A DNA stretch of 64,000 nucleotides, taken from contig QZKH01000003.1 of NCBI GenBank assembly GCA_003598025.1, positions 106,048 through 170,047 on the forward strand, written 5' to 3'. This stretch comes from Candidatus Omnitrophota bacterium. GTDB taxonomy: Bacteria; Omnitrophota; Gorgyraeia; Gygaellales; Profunditerraquicolaceae. The notes below the pieces were generated by a model that saw only the letters and a list, made by a program, of their open reading frames with translations, was not told the DNA's origin and did not search any database. Positions within the stretch are counted from its first letter, which is position 1. The number at the start of each line of letters is the position of its first letter. Below are positions 16,895 through 27,500 of the stretch, in pieces. The translations under genes were made by a program, and so were the position numbers.

Positions 16895-18987
16895 GAACAA
16901 GAACCCCCAAAATAAGTGTAATCATACCAACATATAATCGTGCTAATTATATTAGCGTTGCGATTCACAGCGTTTTGAACCAAACATATCATAACTGGGA
17001 GATAATCGTAATTGATGATGGGTCTAATGATTCAACAAAAGAAGTAATTCGTCCGTATTTAGATAATATTTCTTATTTTTATCAGAACAATCAAGGAGAA
17101 GCTTCTGCTAGAAATATCGGGATAAATAGATCTAAGGGAGAATTTATCGCTTTTTTAGATAGCGATGATTTGTGGCTCCCGGATAAACTAAAAATACAGA
17201 TCTCCAGATTAGAAAGTAATGATCAATTATCATTAACATATTGTCGCGCTAAGATGATTGACTCACATGGAATATTTATGGGTTATAAGCCTACTACCCC
17301 TGCATTATCCACACGAGATTTTCTTTATGGGGCGAGATTGCCTATGACTGTTTTGGTAAAAAGAAAAGTATTTGATGAAGTAGGTTTGTTTGATACTAAT
17401 ATTAAAGTCGGAGTTGATACAGATTTATGGTTACGATTAAGCATGGATCATAAAATTGATTATTTAGATGAACCGCTAGCAGTTATAAGAGCTCATAATG
17501 ACAATATTTCAATTGATAAAAAAAGTATGTATCTAGGATCAATAAACACATTGAATAAGTTAATTAGCAACAAAATTGTTAATAATTTTGATAAACGAGA
17601 GCTCAATAATCTACTTGCCAAACAATATTATCTCTTAGCACGCGAGTGTAATTATACATATAGGGAGAGAAAATCTGCATTTAGCTATTGTTTTTCTGCA
17701 TTAAACTTAAATCCAAGTGTAGGAAAAATGCTTATTAACAAAAAAGATGATAATTTGCTGAAATATAAGAAGTTGCTTAACCCGTATTTTTTCTTATTTT
17801 ATACATTCTTCACAAGATTGCTGAGTACTAATAAATTAATTAAACAATCAATAAATATTCTGTTTTATGATCCTTCTTCAGGATACGGTGGTTCTGGAAA
17901 GTCATTATCATTACTTATAAATAATCTTAATGAAATGAATTTCTCGTCATTTGTGTTAATAAAAAACTTTGGACCACAATTTACGAATATAAAAAATGCG
18001 AAGATTGTAAAAATAAAAAACACGCCTAATCCAAGACGACAGAATATAATCGCATTTTTTGGATACATTATTCCAGAAGCAATTAGGATTTTCTTTATTT
18101 TAAAGCTAAATAATATAAGAATTGTTCATGTTAACACAAATATACTTTCAGGGCTTGCCCCTATTATTGCTGCTCGAATAGCAGGCGTTCCCTGTATTTG
18201 TCATATTAGGCTATCGAGAAATTTAATTAAGAGAGAAATTTTATTTTCTTATTGGATTGATCATGTAATTGTACTTAATATTAATACTTTTAAGATGTAT
18301 CGAAAGTATTTCTTAGAAGAGAGAATTAGCCTTATTTATGATGGTCTAAGTATGGATAATGAGAATTTGAATAATACTAATGCTATAGCTAGATGCGAAT
18401 TCTGTTATAATTCCGAATTTTGTGTAGGAATTATTGGAAGAATTGTTGAAGGTAAAGGCCACAAGGAATTTATATTAATGGCTCAGAAAATATTAGAAAA
18501 AAACAAAGCTGTAAAATTCTTAATAGTAGGGGAACCAAAAGGAGATTATGAAGACTACTTTATTCAGGTGGTTAAACTGGTAAAAGAAAGAAATCTGTCC
18601 GATAAAGTTATATTTACTGGCTGGAGAAATGACATTAATAATATAATATCTGGCTTGGATGTTCTTGTTCAGGCTAGTACAACTTTTCCTGAAGGTTTTG
18701 GGTTAACTATAATTGAAGCTATGGCGATGGGTAAAGTAGTTGTAGCCACTAATATTCCTGGTCCGTCAGATATTATTGTTAATGGAGAAACAGGCTTTTT
18801 AGTCCCACCTGGTGATATTAACTTGATGGCGGATAAAATATTGTATCTTCTTTGTAATCCAGATGTCGCTAGAAAAATGGGTGAAGCTGGTAGAAATCGT
18901 GTAGAAAAATTTTTTGCTATAAAAAATACTGTTAAGAGTATTGAAGAAATTTATATGGGGGTATTATTAAGGAAGAGACAACGATGA
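16891..18987 (+). CDS. bifunctional glycosyltransferase (N-terminal GT2 + C-terminal GT4 domains)
   Basis: N-terminal 'ISVIIPTYNRANYISVAIHSVLNQTY...IIVIDDGSNDST' and 'DSDD'. The C-terminal GT4 motif is 'EGFGLTIIEAMAMGKVVVATNIPG'. Confidence 0.75.
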   Translation: MRTRTPKISVIIPTYNRANYISVAIHSVLNQTYHNWEIIVIDDGSNDSTKEVIRPYLDNISYFYQNNQGEASARNIGINRSKGEFIAFLDSDDLWLPDKLKIQISRLESNDQLSLTYCRAKMIDSHGIFMGYKPTTPALSTRDFLYGARLPMTVLVKRKVFDEVGLFDTNIKVGVDTDLWLRLSMDHKIDYLDEPLAVIRAHNDNISIDKKSMYLGSINTLNKLISNKIVNNFDKRELNNLLAKQYYLLARECNYTYRERKSAFSYCFSALNLNPSVGKMLINKKDDNLLKYKKLLNPYFFLFYTFFTRLLSTNKLIKQSINILFYDPSSGYGGSGKSLSLLINNLNEMNFSSFVLIKNFGPQFTNIKNAKIVKIKNTPNPRRQNIIAFFGYIIPEAIRIFFILKLNNIRIVHVNTNILSGLAPIIAARIAGVPCICHIRLSRNLIKREILFSYWIDHVIVLNINTFKMYRKYFLEERISLIYDGLSMDNENLNNTNAIARCEFCYNSEFCVGIIGRIVEGKGHKEFILMAQKILEKNKAVKFLIVGEPKGDYEDYFIQVVKLVKERNLSDKVIFTGWRNDINNIISGLDVLVQASTTFPEGFGLTIIEAMAMGKVVVATNIPGPSDIIVNGETGFLVPPGDINLMADKILYLLCNPDVARKMGEAGRNRVEKFFAIKNTVKSIEEIYMGVLLRKRQR

Positions 18988-20435
18988 ATAGATATAATGA
19001 TTCTAATAGACTTGGATTTTCTTGGGGCGATTTAAGAATGTTTTTGGCTTTTGTTTCAGTTGTTATTTTCTTTGGGATTATTGTACAAGCAGATTTTGAA
19101 ATACCCAGGGCTATACTTTATCCATTTTTTATTTTAGCTTTCTTTCTATTGCTTTCTAAAGGATTTAAAAAGCCAGAGATATGTATTTATGCATTAGTAA
19201 CATATGTGCCTTTCAGCAAAATTCTTGTTGGTGATTTTGGTGGGATGATGACCGCGTTAAACTTTACGAATATTTTGACTATTATAATGATTGTAACTTG
19301 GATTTTTGGTAATGTGTCGCAGAATAAGAAAGTTTATACACGTACATCGTTGGATATTCCGCTTTTAATTTTTATATTTTTTGGATGTTTCTCTTTAATT
19401 AAAGGCACGTTTTATTTTGGCGCCGATTACGCATTTAGTTTTATAACTCCTTTAAAAAGATGGCTCACTCCACTGTTTTTCTTTTTTATTGTTTTTAATA
19501 TAGTAAAAGACAAAAAAACAATAAAAAATATTATTTTGTTAATGATGGTAGTGTTGACAGTGGTTGCATTGATGGCTATAAAAGATTATATCGATGTTGG
19601 GAGTACAGCTAGCTTAGAGAAGTCGAGAATCGGTAGTATAGCACAACAACCAAATATCCTAGCTGCTTTCTTTGTGTATTATATGTTTCTTTTTGCTGGT
19701 TTTATGCTAATTTACTGGAACAATGTTAAGTTTTGGTTGCTTAGTTTTCCTTTTTTGCTTTGTTTTAGAGGTATGCAGGTCACTTTTTCTAGAGGAGGTT
19801 ATCTTGCTTTTGCTGCCGCAGCTTTAACAATAACTTTTTTCAAAAATAAGATTTTGTTTTTTATTATTGCTTTTCTTTTGATATTAACTGTCTTAAATCC
19901 AGCCTTTTTGCCAAGCGGAATAAAGTACAGAATCTCATCAACTTTCACTAAAGACCAGATATATTCTCCAACTCTTGAAGAGACTATAGATAAAAGTTCA
20001 GCTACTAGGATTGCCATATGGAAAGGTGGACTAGAAATGATAAAGGAGCATAAATGGTCTGGAGTTGGGTATGGAGTATTTCCTCATTTAATACCTTATT
20101 ATGCCCCTGAAGTTGGTAAAGTGGATGCTCACAATACATACATTTTGATTGCAGCAGAAATGGGAATTTTTGCTCTTTTAGTGTTTTTATTTATATTGGG
20201 AATAATATTCAAGAATACTTATAAATTATATCGACTCACAAGGGATAAGTTTTTTAAGGCCATATCGTTAGGCTTTCTAGGAAGCTTGGGTGGTGTTTTG
20301 GTTGCGAATATTTTCGGTGGAAGGCTTGACTCACAAGAAGTTAGTAGTTACTTTTGGATTTTAGCTGCTTTAATTTTTAGAGCACTATACATAGAAAAAC
20401 ATGATTATAATTCAAAGTTAAATCATGCGAAATAA
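18984..20435 (+). CDS. O-antigen ligase / Wzy-like polymerase family membrane protein
   Basis: About 11 predicted TM helices with a periplasmic loop region (Wzy_C-like) in the C-terminal third. Confidence 0.6.
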   Translation: MNRYNDSNRLGFSWGDLRMFLAFVSVVIFFGIIVQADFEIPRAILYPFFILAFFLLLSKGFKKPEICIYALVTYVPFSKILVGDFGGMMTALNFTNILTIIMIVTWIFGNVSQNKKVYTRTSLDIPLLIFIFFGCFSLIKGTFYFGADYAFSFITPLKRWLTPLFFFFIVFNIVKDKKTIKNIILLMMVVLTVVALMAIKDYIDVGSTASLEKSRIGSIAQQPNILAAFFVYYMFLFAGFMLIYWNNVKFWLLSFPFLLCFRGMQVTFSRGGYLAFAAAALTITFFKNKILFFIIAFLLILTVLNPAFLPSGIKYRISSTFTKDQIYSPTLEETIDKSSATRIAIWKGGLEMIKEHKWSGVGYGVFPHLIPYYAPEVGKVDAHNTYILIAAEMGIFALLVFLFILGIIFKNTYKLYRLTRDKFFKAISLGFLGSLGGVLVANIFGGRLDSQEVSSYFWILAALIFRALYIEKHDYNSKLNHAK

Positions 20436-22848
20436 CATTTTGATTATAGTAGATAATCTCGCAGCTGGTGGAGCCCAAAGGCAGATTATCGAATATTTAA
20501 AACTTGCTGATAAAAACATTTTTTATTTTAAAGTGGTAAACTTGGATTCAGATGTAACGATTCTGGAAAACGATATAAAACAAATAGGCCTCGAAGTCAT
20601 TAATATCCGTCATAAGGGCTTTTTTAACCTCTCAACTTTATTTAAATTATATAAGATTATAAAGTATGAAAAACCGGCAATCGTGCACACCTTTTTATTT
20701 ACCTCTGACCTATATGGCCGTATTGCAGCTAAATTAGCAGGAATACCTGTAATAATAAGCTCGGTTCGTAACATTGATAAGTGGCAGAAATGGCACCATA
20801 GGCTTGCAGACCGGATTTTGGCGAATGTTACGGATAAAATAACTATTAATGCAGAGTGTATCAGGCCTTATCTTGTGAATACAAAGAAACTCCCTAAAGA
20901 AAAAATTGTTACTATTTATAATGGTATAGATTTGAACAGGTTTGATAATTTAAGAGAGCCTAAGAGCATAAAAGCAGAACTGTGTATTTCGGATAAAGCT
21001 TTAATGGTCGGTATGGTTTCGCGTTTCTCAGAACAAAAGGATTATGATACTCTTCTAAAGGTAGCTCAGGAGATATCAAAAGAGCGGGAAGATGTATATT
21101 TTGTGTGTGTTGGGGATGGTAAATTAAAGCCGATACTCGATTCTCGATTCTCGATACGACCAAAGGGAGTCCTGAGCGAAGCCGAAGGACGCGATACTCG
21201 AAATATAAAGTTCACCGGCCTACGTTCCGACATCCCAGATTTGATTAACGCTATGGATATATGCGTATTATCCAGCCATTATGAGGGTTGTCCTAATGTT
21301 ATTTTGGAATACATGGCTTGCTCAAAACCGGTAATTGCTTCAAATGTTGGCGGATGCGCAGAATTAGTAGCAAATGGTAAGTCCGGTTTTATTGTGCCCC
21401 CAGGAGACATAAATTCCTTAAAAGACAAAATTGTTCTTCTGCTTGATGATAAAGAATTAAGGCTCAGAATGGGCAAAGAAGGCAGGGGGTTAGTTGAGGC
21501 TAAATTCATTTCGCAGAGAATGGTAAAAGAAACAGAAGGCTTATACAAACAATTATTGAACCCTAAAATCGCCTACATCCTTTCCCAATTCCCCGAAACT
21601 CACGAAACTTTCATATTAAGGGAGATAAAGGCACTTAAAGAGAAGGGCGTTGATGTTAAGATTATATCGCTAAAGAAGTGTAGGGACAGAGTTATACATG
21701 ATGAAGCTAAGGAATTTATAAAAGATACGATATATGCTGATGTTAGCGTATTGCGTATTGCGTGTAGCGTATTGAGCAAACCATTAAGATCCTTGGGTGC
21801 GTTGGGGTATGTTTTGAGGAGCTATTTCGGCAAGCCGTGGGAATTTGTTAAAGCGATGTATGTTTTGGCTGAATGCTTGAGTATTGCCCCGATGCTAAAA
21901 AAGATGCGCATAAAGCATATGCATAGCCACTGGGCAACCATGCCGACTACTGCTGCAGTTATCCTCAATAAATTAACGGGCATACCTTTCAGTTTTACTG
22001 CTCATGCCTGGGACCTGTTTATTGATTGCGACGGCTTGGAAGAGAAAATCAATAAGGCAAGGTTTGCTGTTACTTGTACCGGGTATAACAAGAATTTCAT
22101 GGGGTATTTTTGTAATAATGGCCAGGCGGATAAGGTGTATCTTAATTATCATGGATTGGATCTTAGTAAATATGTGGGGGGTCAGGGATTCAAGGAATCG
22201 AGGAATCAAGAGAGTAAATATGTGCGGGATCCACAGTCCGCAATACGCGATACTCAATACGCAATACGCACGACGCAATACGATAAGATATCTATTCTGG
22301 CAATTGGTAGGCTTGTAGAAACTAAAGGATTTGAGTATCTAATTGAGGCGTGTGGGATGTTGAAAGAAAGAGGGATTGATTTTGAGTGCTTTATTGTTGG
22401 ACAAGGACCATTAGAGAAGCGTTTAGCGTATAGCGTAGAGCGTATAGAGTTAAAAGATAAGATTAAATTCTTGGGATTGCAGACGCAGGAGCAGATAAAG
22501 AAGTTGTTTAGCGATGCAAGCGTATTAGTCCAGCCTTCGGTTATGGCCGGTAACGGCGATAGGGATGGCATTCCTAATGTGATTATAGAAGCTATGGCTT
22601 TGGGTGTTCCGGTTATTTCAACTAATTTTTCAGGTATACCAGAAGTAGTCATTGATAAAAAGACAGGTATTTTAGTCCAGGAGAAAGATAGTAATGAACT
22701 TGCCAACGCCATTGAGAACCTGCATAAGGATTGCTATTTGACGGATAAGATAATCAAAAATGCCAGGGAACATGTTGAGAAGAAGTTTAATATAGATACT
22801 AATGTTAGGGAGTTGATAGAGATATTTAGAAGTAATGGAGTATTATGA
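20425..22848 (+). CDS. tandem double GT4 glycosyltransferase carrying four in-frame repeat-module insertions
   Basis: Two Glycos_transf_1-type units, with GT4 motifs at 'EGCPNVILEYMACSKPVIAS' and 'GIPNVIIEAMALGVPVIST'. The inserts are at 21131-21200, 21745-21776, 22231-22287 and 22419-22449. Confidence 0.75.
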   Translation: MRNNILIIVDNLAAGGAQRQIIEYLKLADKNIFYFKVVNLDSDVTILENDIKQIGLEVINIRHKGFFNLSTLFKLYKIIKYEKPAIVHTFLFTSDLYGRIAAKLAGIPVIISSVRNIDKWQKWHHRLADRILANVTDKITINAECIRPYLVNTKKLPKEKIVTIYNGIDLNRFDNLREPKSIKAELCISDKALMVGMVSRFSEQKDYDTLLKVAQEISKEREDVYFVCVGDGKLKPILDSRFSIRPKGVLSEAEGRDTRNIKFTGLRSDIPDLINAMDICVLSSHYEGCPNVILEYMACSKPVIASNVGGCAELVANGKSGFIVPPGDINSLKDKIVLLLDDKELRLRMGKEGRGLVEAKFISQRMVKETEGLYKQLLNPKIAYILSQFPETHETFILREIKALKEKGVDVKIISLKKCRDRVIHDEAKEFIKDTIYADVSVLRIACSVLSKPLRSLGALGYVLRSYFGKPWEFVKAMYVLAECLSIAPMLKKMRIKHMHSHWATMPTTAAVILNKLTGIPFSFTAHAWDLFIDCDGLEEKINKARFAVTCTGYNKNFMGYFCNNGQADKVYLNYHGLDLSKYVGGQGFKESRNQESKYVRDPQSAIRDTQYAIRTTQYDKISILAIGRLVETKGFEYLIEACGMLKERGIDFECFIVGQGPLEKRLAYSVERIELKDKIKFLGLQTQEQIKKLFSDASVLVQPSVMAGNGDRDGIPNVIIEAMALGVPVISTNFSGIPEVVIDKKTGILVQEKDSNELANAIENLHKDCYLTDKIIKNAREHVEKKFNIDTNVRELIEIFRSNGVL
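21131..21200 (+). repeat. in-CDS insertion of repeat module F (ctcgattctcgattctcgatac...)
   Basis: Encodes DSRFSIRPKGVLSEAEGRDTR, which interrupts the conserved GDGxL...FTGxRxD GT4 segment. Compare the uninterrupted paralog at 24100-24190. Confidence 0.7.
21745..21776 (+). repeat. in-CDS insertion of repeat module C (gcgtattgcgtattgcgtgtagcgtattg)
   Basis: encodes SVLRIACSVLS. Confidence 0.6.
22231..22287 (+). repeat. in-CDS insertion of repeat modules D+C (ccacagtcc gcaatacgcgatactcaatacgcaatacgcacgacgcaatacg)
   Basis: encodes PQSAIRDTQYAIRTTQYD. Confidence 0.7.
22419..22449 (+). repeat. in-CDS copy of repeat module C (reverse complement of ctatacgctaaacgctatacgc)
   Basis: gcgtttagcgtatagcgtagagcgtatagag, encoding RLAYSVERIE. 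Confidence 0.6.
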
Positions 22849-22935
22849 GCTTTCAGCTATCAGTCGTCAGCTATCAGCAATGGATGATAAATCTGAGCTG
22901 TCAGCTTTCAGTTGTCAGATTTCATCTAAAGGAAG
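22849..22935. repeat. mosaic repeat (module B: agctNtcag runs)
   Basis: gagctttcagctatcagtcgtcagctatcagc ... gagctgtcagctttcagttgtcag. Confidence 0.75.
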
Positions 22936-22939
22936 ATAA

Positions 22940-23311
22940 ATGAAAGAGCAGAAGTTTAGAAAATTAGACGTTTGGAATAGGGCTATGGATTTTATTGGAG
23001 AGATTTATAAAGTTACTTCCAATTTCCCTTCAACAGAGATTTATGGTCTAAGCGCACAATTAAGAAGAGCCGCGATATCAATTTCATTGAATATAGCTGA
23101 AGGTAGTGGTTCTGGCTCTGATCCCGAATTTAACAGATTTCTAAATATTTCGTTAAGGTCAGCATACGAAGTTATGTGTGGCATTGAGGTAGCTTGTAAG
23201 TTGGATTATTGTGATAAAACCATCGCTGAGAAGTTATTAAATGAATGCGATGAACTTTCGGCAATGATAACTGGACTGAAAAGAAAGTTAATCGGTTCTT
23301 CACACAGCTGA
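22940..23311 (+). CDS. four-helix-bundle protein (23S rRNA IVS protein family), second copy
   Basis: 'FRKLDVWNRAMDFIGEIY...GLSAQLRRAAISISLNIAEG'. Confidence 0.8.
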   Translation: MKEQKFRKLDVWNRAMDFIGEIYKVTSNFPSTEIYGLSAQLRRAAISISLNIAEGSGSGSDPEFNRFLNISLRSAYEVMCGIEVACKLDYCDKTIAEKLLNECDELSAMITGLKRKLIGSSHS

Positions 23312-23340
23312 AAGCTGAAGACTGATGACTGATAGCTAAT
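23312..23340. repeat. short module-B repeat remnant
   Basis: gaaagctgaagactgatgactgatagct. Confidence 0.5.
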
Positions 23341-23341
23341 A

Positions 23342-24526
23342 ATGAAACTAAATGTGCTATATATAATTTGGAGTTTAGGCCTTGGTGGCGCAGAGCGGGT
23401 GGTTATTAACCTGGCTAAAGGGCTTGATAGGGATAAATTTAAGTCGATAGTCTGCTGCCTTAATTCTAAGGGCAAATTTGCAGATGAGCTTGAGAAAGAA
23501 GGTATCAGGGTAATAGAATTAAAAAAGAGATGGAAATTTGACTTTAGTGTCATAAAAAAGCTCATTGAAATAATAAAAGAGAATAAAATAAATATTGTGC
23601 ACACACATCTATGGGGTGCGAATTTCTGGGGAAGATTAGCAGCACAAAAGGCAAGTGTGCCTGTGATAATATCCACAGAGCATAATTCTGATACCTGGAA
23701 GACCCCGCTGCATTTTGTCATAGACAGGTATTTAGCAGCTAAGACAGACAGGATAATCGCGGTATCAAAGAGTGTCAAAGAGTTTTATGTTAAGAATGTG
23801 GGGATCCCTTCTGGGAAAATAGAGGTGATTTATAATGGCATAAGTATATCAGAGCACAGATCACAGATCACAGAGCACAGTAAATCACATTCCGTCCACA
23901 GTCCACAGTCCACAGTCCACAGTCAGGATAACTATATTCGTAAACAATTGGCTATCAGTCCTGATGAGACAGTAATAGCTATGATTGGTAGATTGGTGCC
24001 GCAGAAGGGGCATAAGGATTTCTTGTTAGCCTTAAAGGTCCTTACCGGATGCGGATTTAAGGTCAAAGGTTTAATTGTCGGCAGCGGCCCTCAAGAAATG
24101 TATTTGAAACAGGTGTGTGATAACCTTGCCCTTAATGGAAATGTTATTTTTACCGGTGTAAGGAGCGATATCCCGGAACTGTTTAAGGCAATAGATATGA
24201 TTGCTCTTCCTTCAACAAGGGAAGGTTTTCCTATGATTATATTAGAGGCTATGTCTGCAGGAGTACCTGTGGTTGCTTCAAGCGTTGGAGGGGTCCCTGA
24301 AGTTATAACTAACGGTTTTAACGGGCTTTTAGTTGAGCCTGAGAACCATACTGAGTTAAAAGCTGCTTTCGCTAAGTTAATCCATGATGAGCGGTTATCT
24401 AATAGCCTAATAGATAACGCTCGCGCTACAGTAGCAAAAGAATTTAATTTGAGGAATATGATCGATAGCACACAGGGGCTATATGAAAAGATTTATGAAA
24501 GCAAATTGCCTAAGGCGGATAAATGA
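23342..24526 (+). CDS. family 4 glycosyltransferase with in-frame repeat insertion
   Basis: 'GGAERVVINLAKGL' GT4 N-terminus; 'EGFPMIILEAMSAGVPVVAS' EX7E motif. Confidence 0.8.
   Translation: MKLNVLYIIWSLGLGGAERVVINLAKGLDRDKFKSIVCCLNSKGKFADELEKEGIRVIELKKRWKFDFSVIKKLIEIIKENKINIVHTHLWGANFWGRLAAQKASVPVIISTEHNSDTWKTPLHFVIDRYLAAKTDRIIAVSKSVKEFYVKNVGIPSGKIEVIYNGISISEHRSQITEHSKSHSVHSPQSTVHSQDNYIRKQLAISPDETVIAMIGRLVPQKGHKDFLLALKVLTGCGFKVKGLIVGSGPQEMYLKQVCDNLALNGNVIFTGVRSDIPELFKAIDMIALPSTREGFPMIILEAMSAGVPVVASSVGGVPEVITNGFNGLLVEPENHTELKAAFAKLIHDERLSNSLIDNARATVAKEFNLRNMIDSTQGLYEKIYESKLPKADK
23860..23927 (+). repeat. in-CDS insertion: cacagatcacagatcacagagcacagtaaat...gtccacagtccacagtccacagtccacagtc
   Basis: Encodes SEHRSQITEHSKSHSVHSPQSTVHSQ. 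The unit gtccaca is repeated 4x, and the same composite recurs at 27771-27894. Confidence 0.8.
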
Positions 24527-27500
24527 AGAATAAACGCTTAAATATAGCTTTTGTCTTAATCTTTGTCGCAGGTATACTCTTTGCCGGTTTATCTTACGCT
24601 GTGCTTACAAAAACAAAGCCCCTAATAAATAAGATAAAATCAAAAGTCAAAGAGCGTGTTATTGCCAATATCCCAAAGGCAAAAGATCCTCTTGTTATAT
24701 GCGATTTTGAAAACAGCGCGGATTTAGACAAATGGAATGCATCCAAAGCGAGCGTTGAGATATCAGAAGAGCATCCTACTTCCGGAAAGTACTCGGCAAA
24801 GCTTACTTATGAGCCTTCGGGCGATTCCTCATCTGTCAGGATAGAGAAATATTTTGAAAAAGACAGGCGTATTGTAAATTGGTCAGGGTATGAGGCGCTT
24901 GTTTTTGATATTTATAATCCTAATAAGAACGCTGAGAGAATGATCCTTCAGGTGCGGGATAATAGCGGCGGCAAGGTTAAAATTGACCTGCATTTAAGGC
25001 CAAATGCAAATAATAGAATCGAGGTTGATATTAGAAGCCTTTGGGATAAATTAAACCCGTCTAAGATTGACCAGTTAAACCTGTTTTTATGGGGCAATAA
25101 GTCGGTAAAGGCATTTTATTTGGATAGTGTCATGCTTCTTCCCGCGGCAGCATTGGAGAAAGTCGCAAAAAGCATATCAGACGACGAATTTATTCCAAAA
25201 GAAGGCGAGCAAGTTTACGCTTTGGGCGATTACCTGGAGTTTAATAAAGCCAGATGGGGCAGCTGTGAAGACGGGGTATCTGTGCCTATATATATCAACA
25301 ATTTTACTACGGCTAAGCTTAACTCAACGGTTGTCCGCGGAGGCGTGCCTTTTGGAAGAGGGCAGTTAAACAGCCTTGATAAGCTTATGCTAAATGACGG
25401 GGCGGGAAATAATATTGAATTCCAGGCTCAAATTGTGTCAAAGTGGCCTGATGGCAGTATTAAGTGGGCATTGATCTCTTTTAAACCTGAAGTTGATGCC
25501 GCAACTATTAAAAAATACAACTTAGTTTATTCAAATGCAATAAGCAGGAAGAAACAGGAATCAGCTTTAAAAGTAGATGAAGGCTTAAAAAATATTGCGA
25601 TAAATACCGGAAAAATCAAGCTGGTAATACCCAAAAGCGGATTCTATCTTTATGATAAACTTTGGCTGGATAAGAATAATGATAAGAAATTTGATGATAG
25701 CGAGATCGTTTCATCAAAAGCGAGCCTTGTGCTTGAGCGCGACGGCAAGAAATACTACAGCCATTTGGATAAAAATTATAGGCTTACCGTTGAAAAATCC
25801 GGGCCTCTTGAGGCTTGCATAAAGGCAGAGGGATGGTTTGTTGCTGATAACGGAAAGAAGTATTGCAAATTCATTGTCAGGATACATGCCTATGAATTAA
25901 GCGGAGAAATAAAACTCCAGCATACCTTTGTCTATACCGGATACCCGGAAAATAAATATCATTACCTATACAAAGGCAAACGCCTTCCAAGGAATGAAAC
26001 CATAGATGCGGTTTATATTGAGCTTCCCGTAAAGATAGATGGGGATAAAGCTGTAACTTTTGCCGCTGACGATAAAATTATGCAGTCAGCTTTTGGCGGA
26101 GCCATCAGTTTCTTACAGCTTAAACCGGACAGTTATACAGTAACAGGTTCTGGTAAGCCGATTGGCAGCGGAAACAGGCTTGAAGGATGGCTTGATTTGA
26201 GCAGTGATGGCTATGGGGTATCAATTGGAGTAAAAGATTTTTGGCAGCAATTCCCTAAGGGGTTTTCTGTAGATAAAGAAGCGGGTAAGTTAAAAATCGA
26301 TCTCTGGCCTAAAGAAGCAGGCAAACTTGACTTAAAAACTACTCAAAAAGCCTATGGCCCGGACGCAGTCGCACGGGGCAGCGCCTTTGGCCTGGCTAAG
26401 ACGCATGACCTGGCATTTAATTTTCATAACGGAAATTATGAAGTTGGCGAGGTTAAGAATAAAATACGGAGCTTATTAAGCGATGTTGTTATAACTTCAG
26501 ATCCTATATGGGTATCAGATACCAGGGTTTTAGGGAGAATATGGCCGTATGACACGCGTTTTAAATCAGCAGAGAGTTTCTTGAGCAAGCTTTTTGACTG
26601 GGGCAGCAGGCAGGTCGATAAATTTAGCTGGTATGGGATGATAGATTTCGGCGATACTCTATCCTGGTATAGGAAGGAAGCGTACGATAAATCTTATGAT
26701 GACTGGGGCTGGCATCCCGAAGGAAGGCATGGCTGGTTTAATTGTGAGGGAGTTGGCACGCATGCCGGAGCATTAATACAGTTTTTACGGACAGGCAATT
26801 ACAAATATTATATTTTTGGCAAAAACCTCTCGCGCCACATTATGGACATTGATACCTGCCACTATAATACGGTGGCAAATGATAGCAGGCTTAGAGGCAG
26901 GATACCCGAAGATTACAGTCGCCCAGGCTCCATGCACAGGCATAACGCTGACCACTGGGGAGGAAGGAACGAAGAAACTTCGCATACAAATGTTTACGGC
27001 CTGGTTTTGTATTATTATCTTACGGGGAATGAGAGAGCAAGAGATGTTATTGACGAGGTTGGAAGTTTCTTTCTCAAAGAACATATGACATATTTCGGCC
27101 ATCCCGATATTTCACCTCAGCGCTCCATTGCAAATGTTATTTGGGGTGATGTTGTATTATATGAGCTTACAGGAGAAAAAAAATATAAGGAACAGGCAGA
27201 TAAGCTGGTGAATTTATTCTTTAGAGGCCAGAAATACAACGGAGCCTGGCCTGAAAATTATAACCCTGTACGCAAACGCTGGGAAGGCAAACCACATCTT
27301 AGTTTTATGAGCCAATATACCATACCGGCATTAATAAATTATCATATGATTACCGGTAATAAAGCTATTGCCGGTTGTATTATTAATGCTACTGATTTTC
27401 TTATTGAGAGCGACGAGTACGGCGCTATATTAGATGCGCTTAGCTATAGCTATTGGCTGACCGGAGATAAAAAATACAAAGATACATTGAATAAAAAGCT

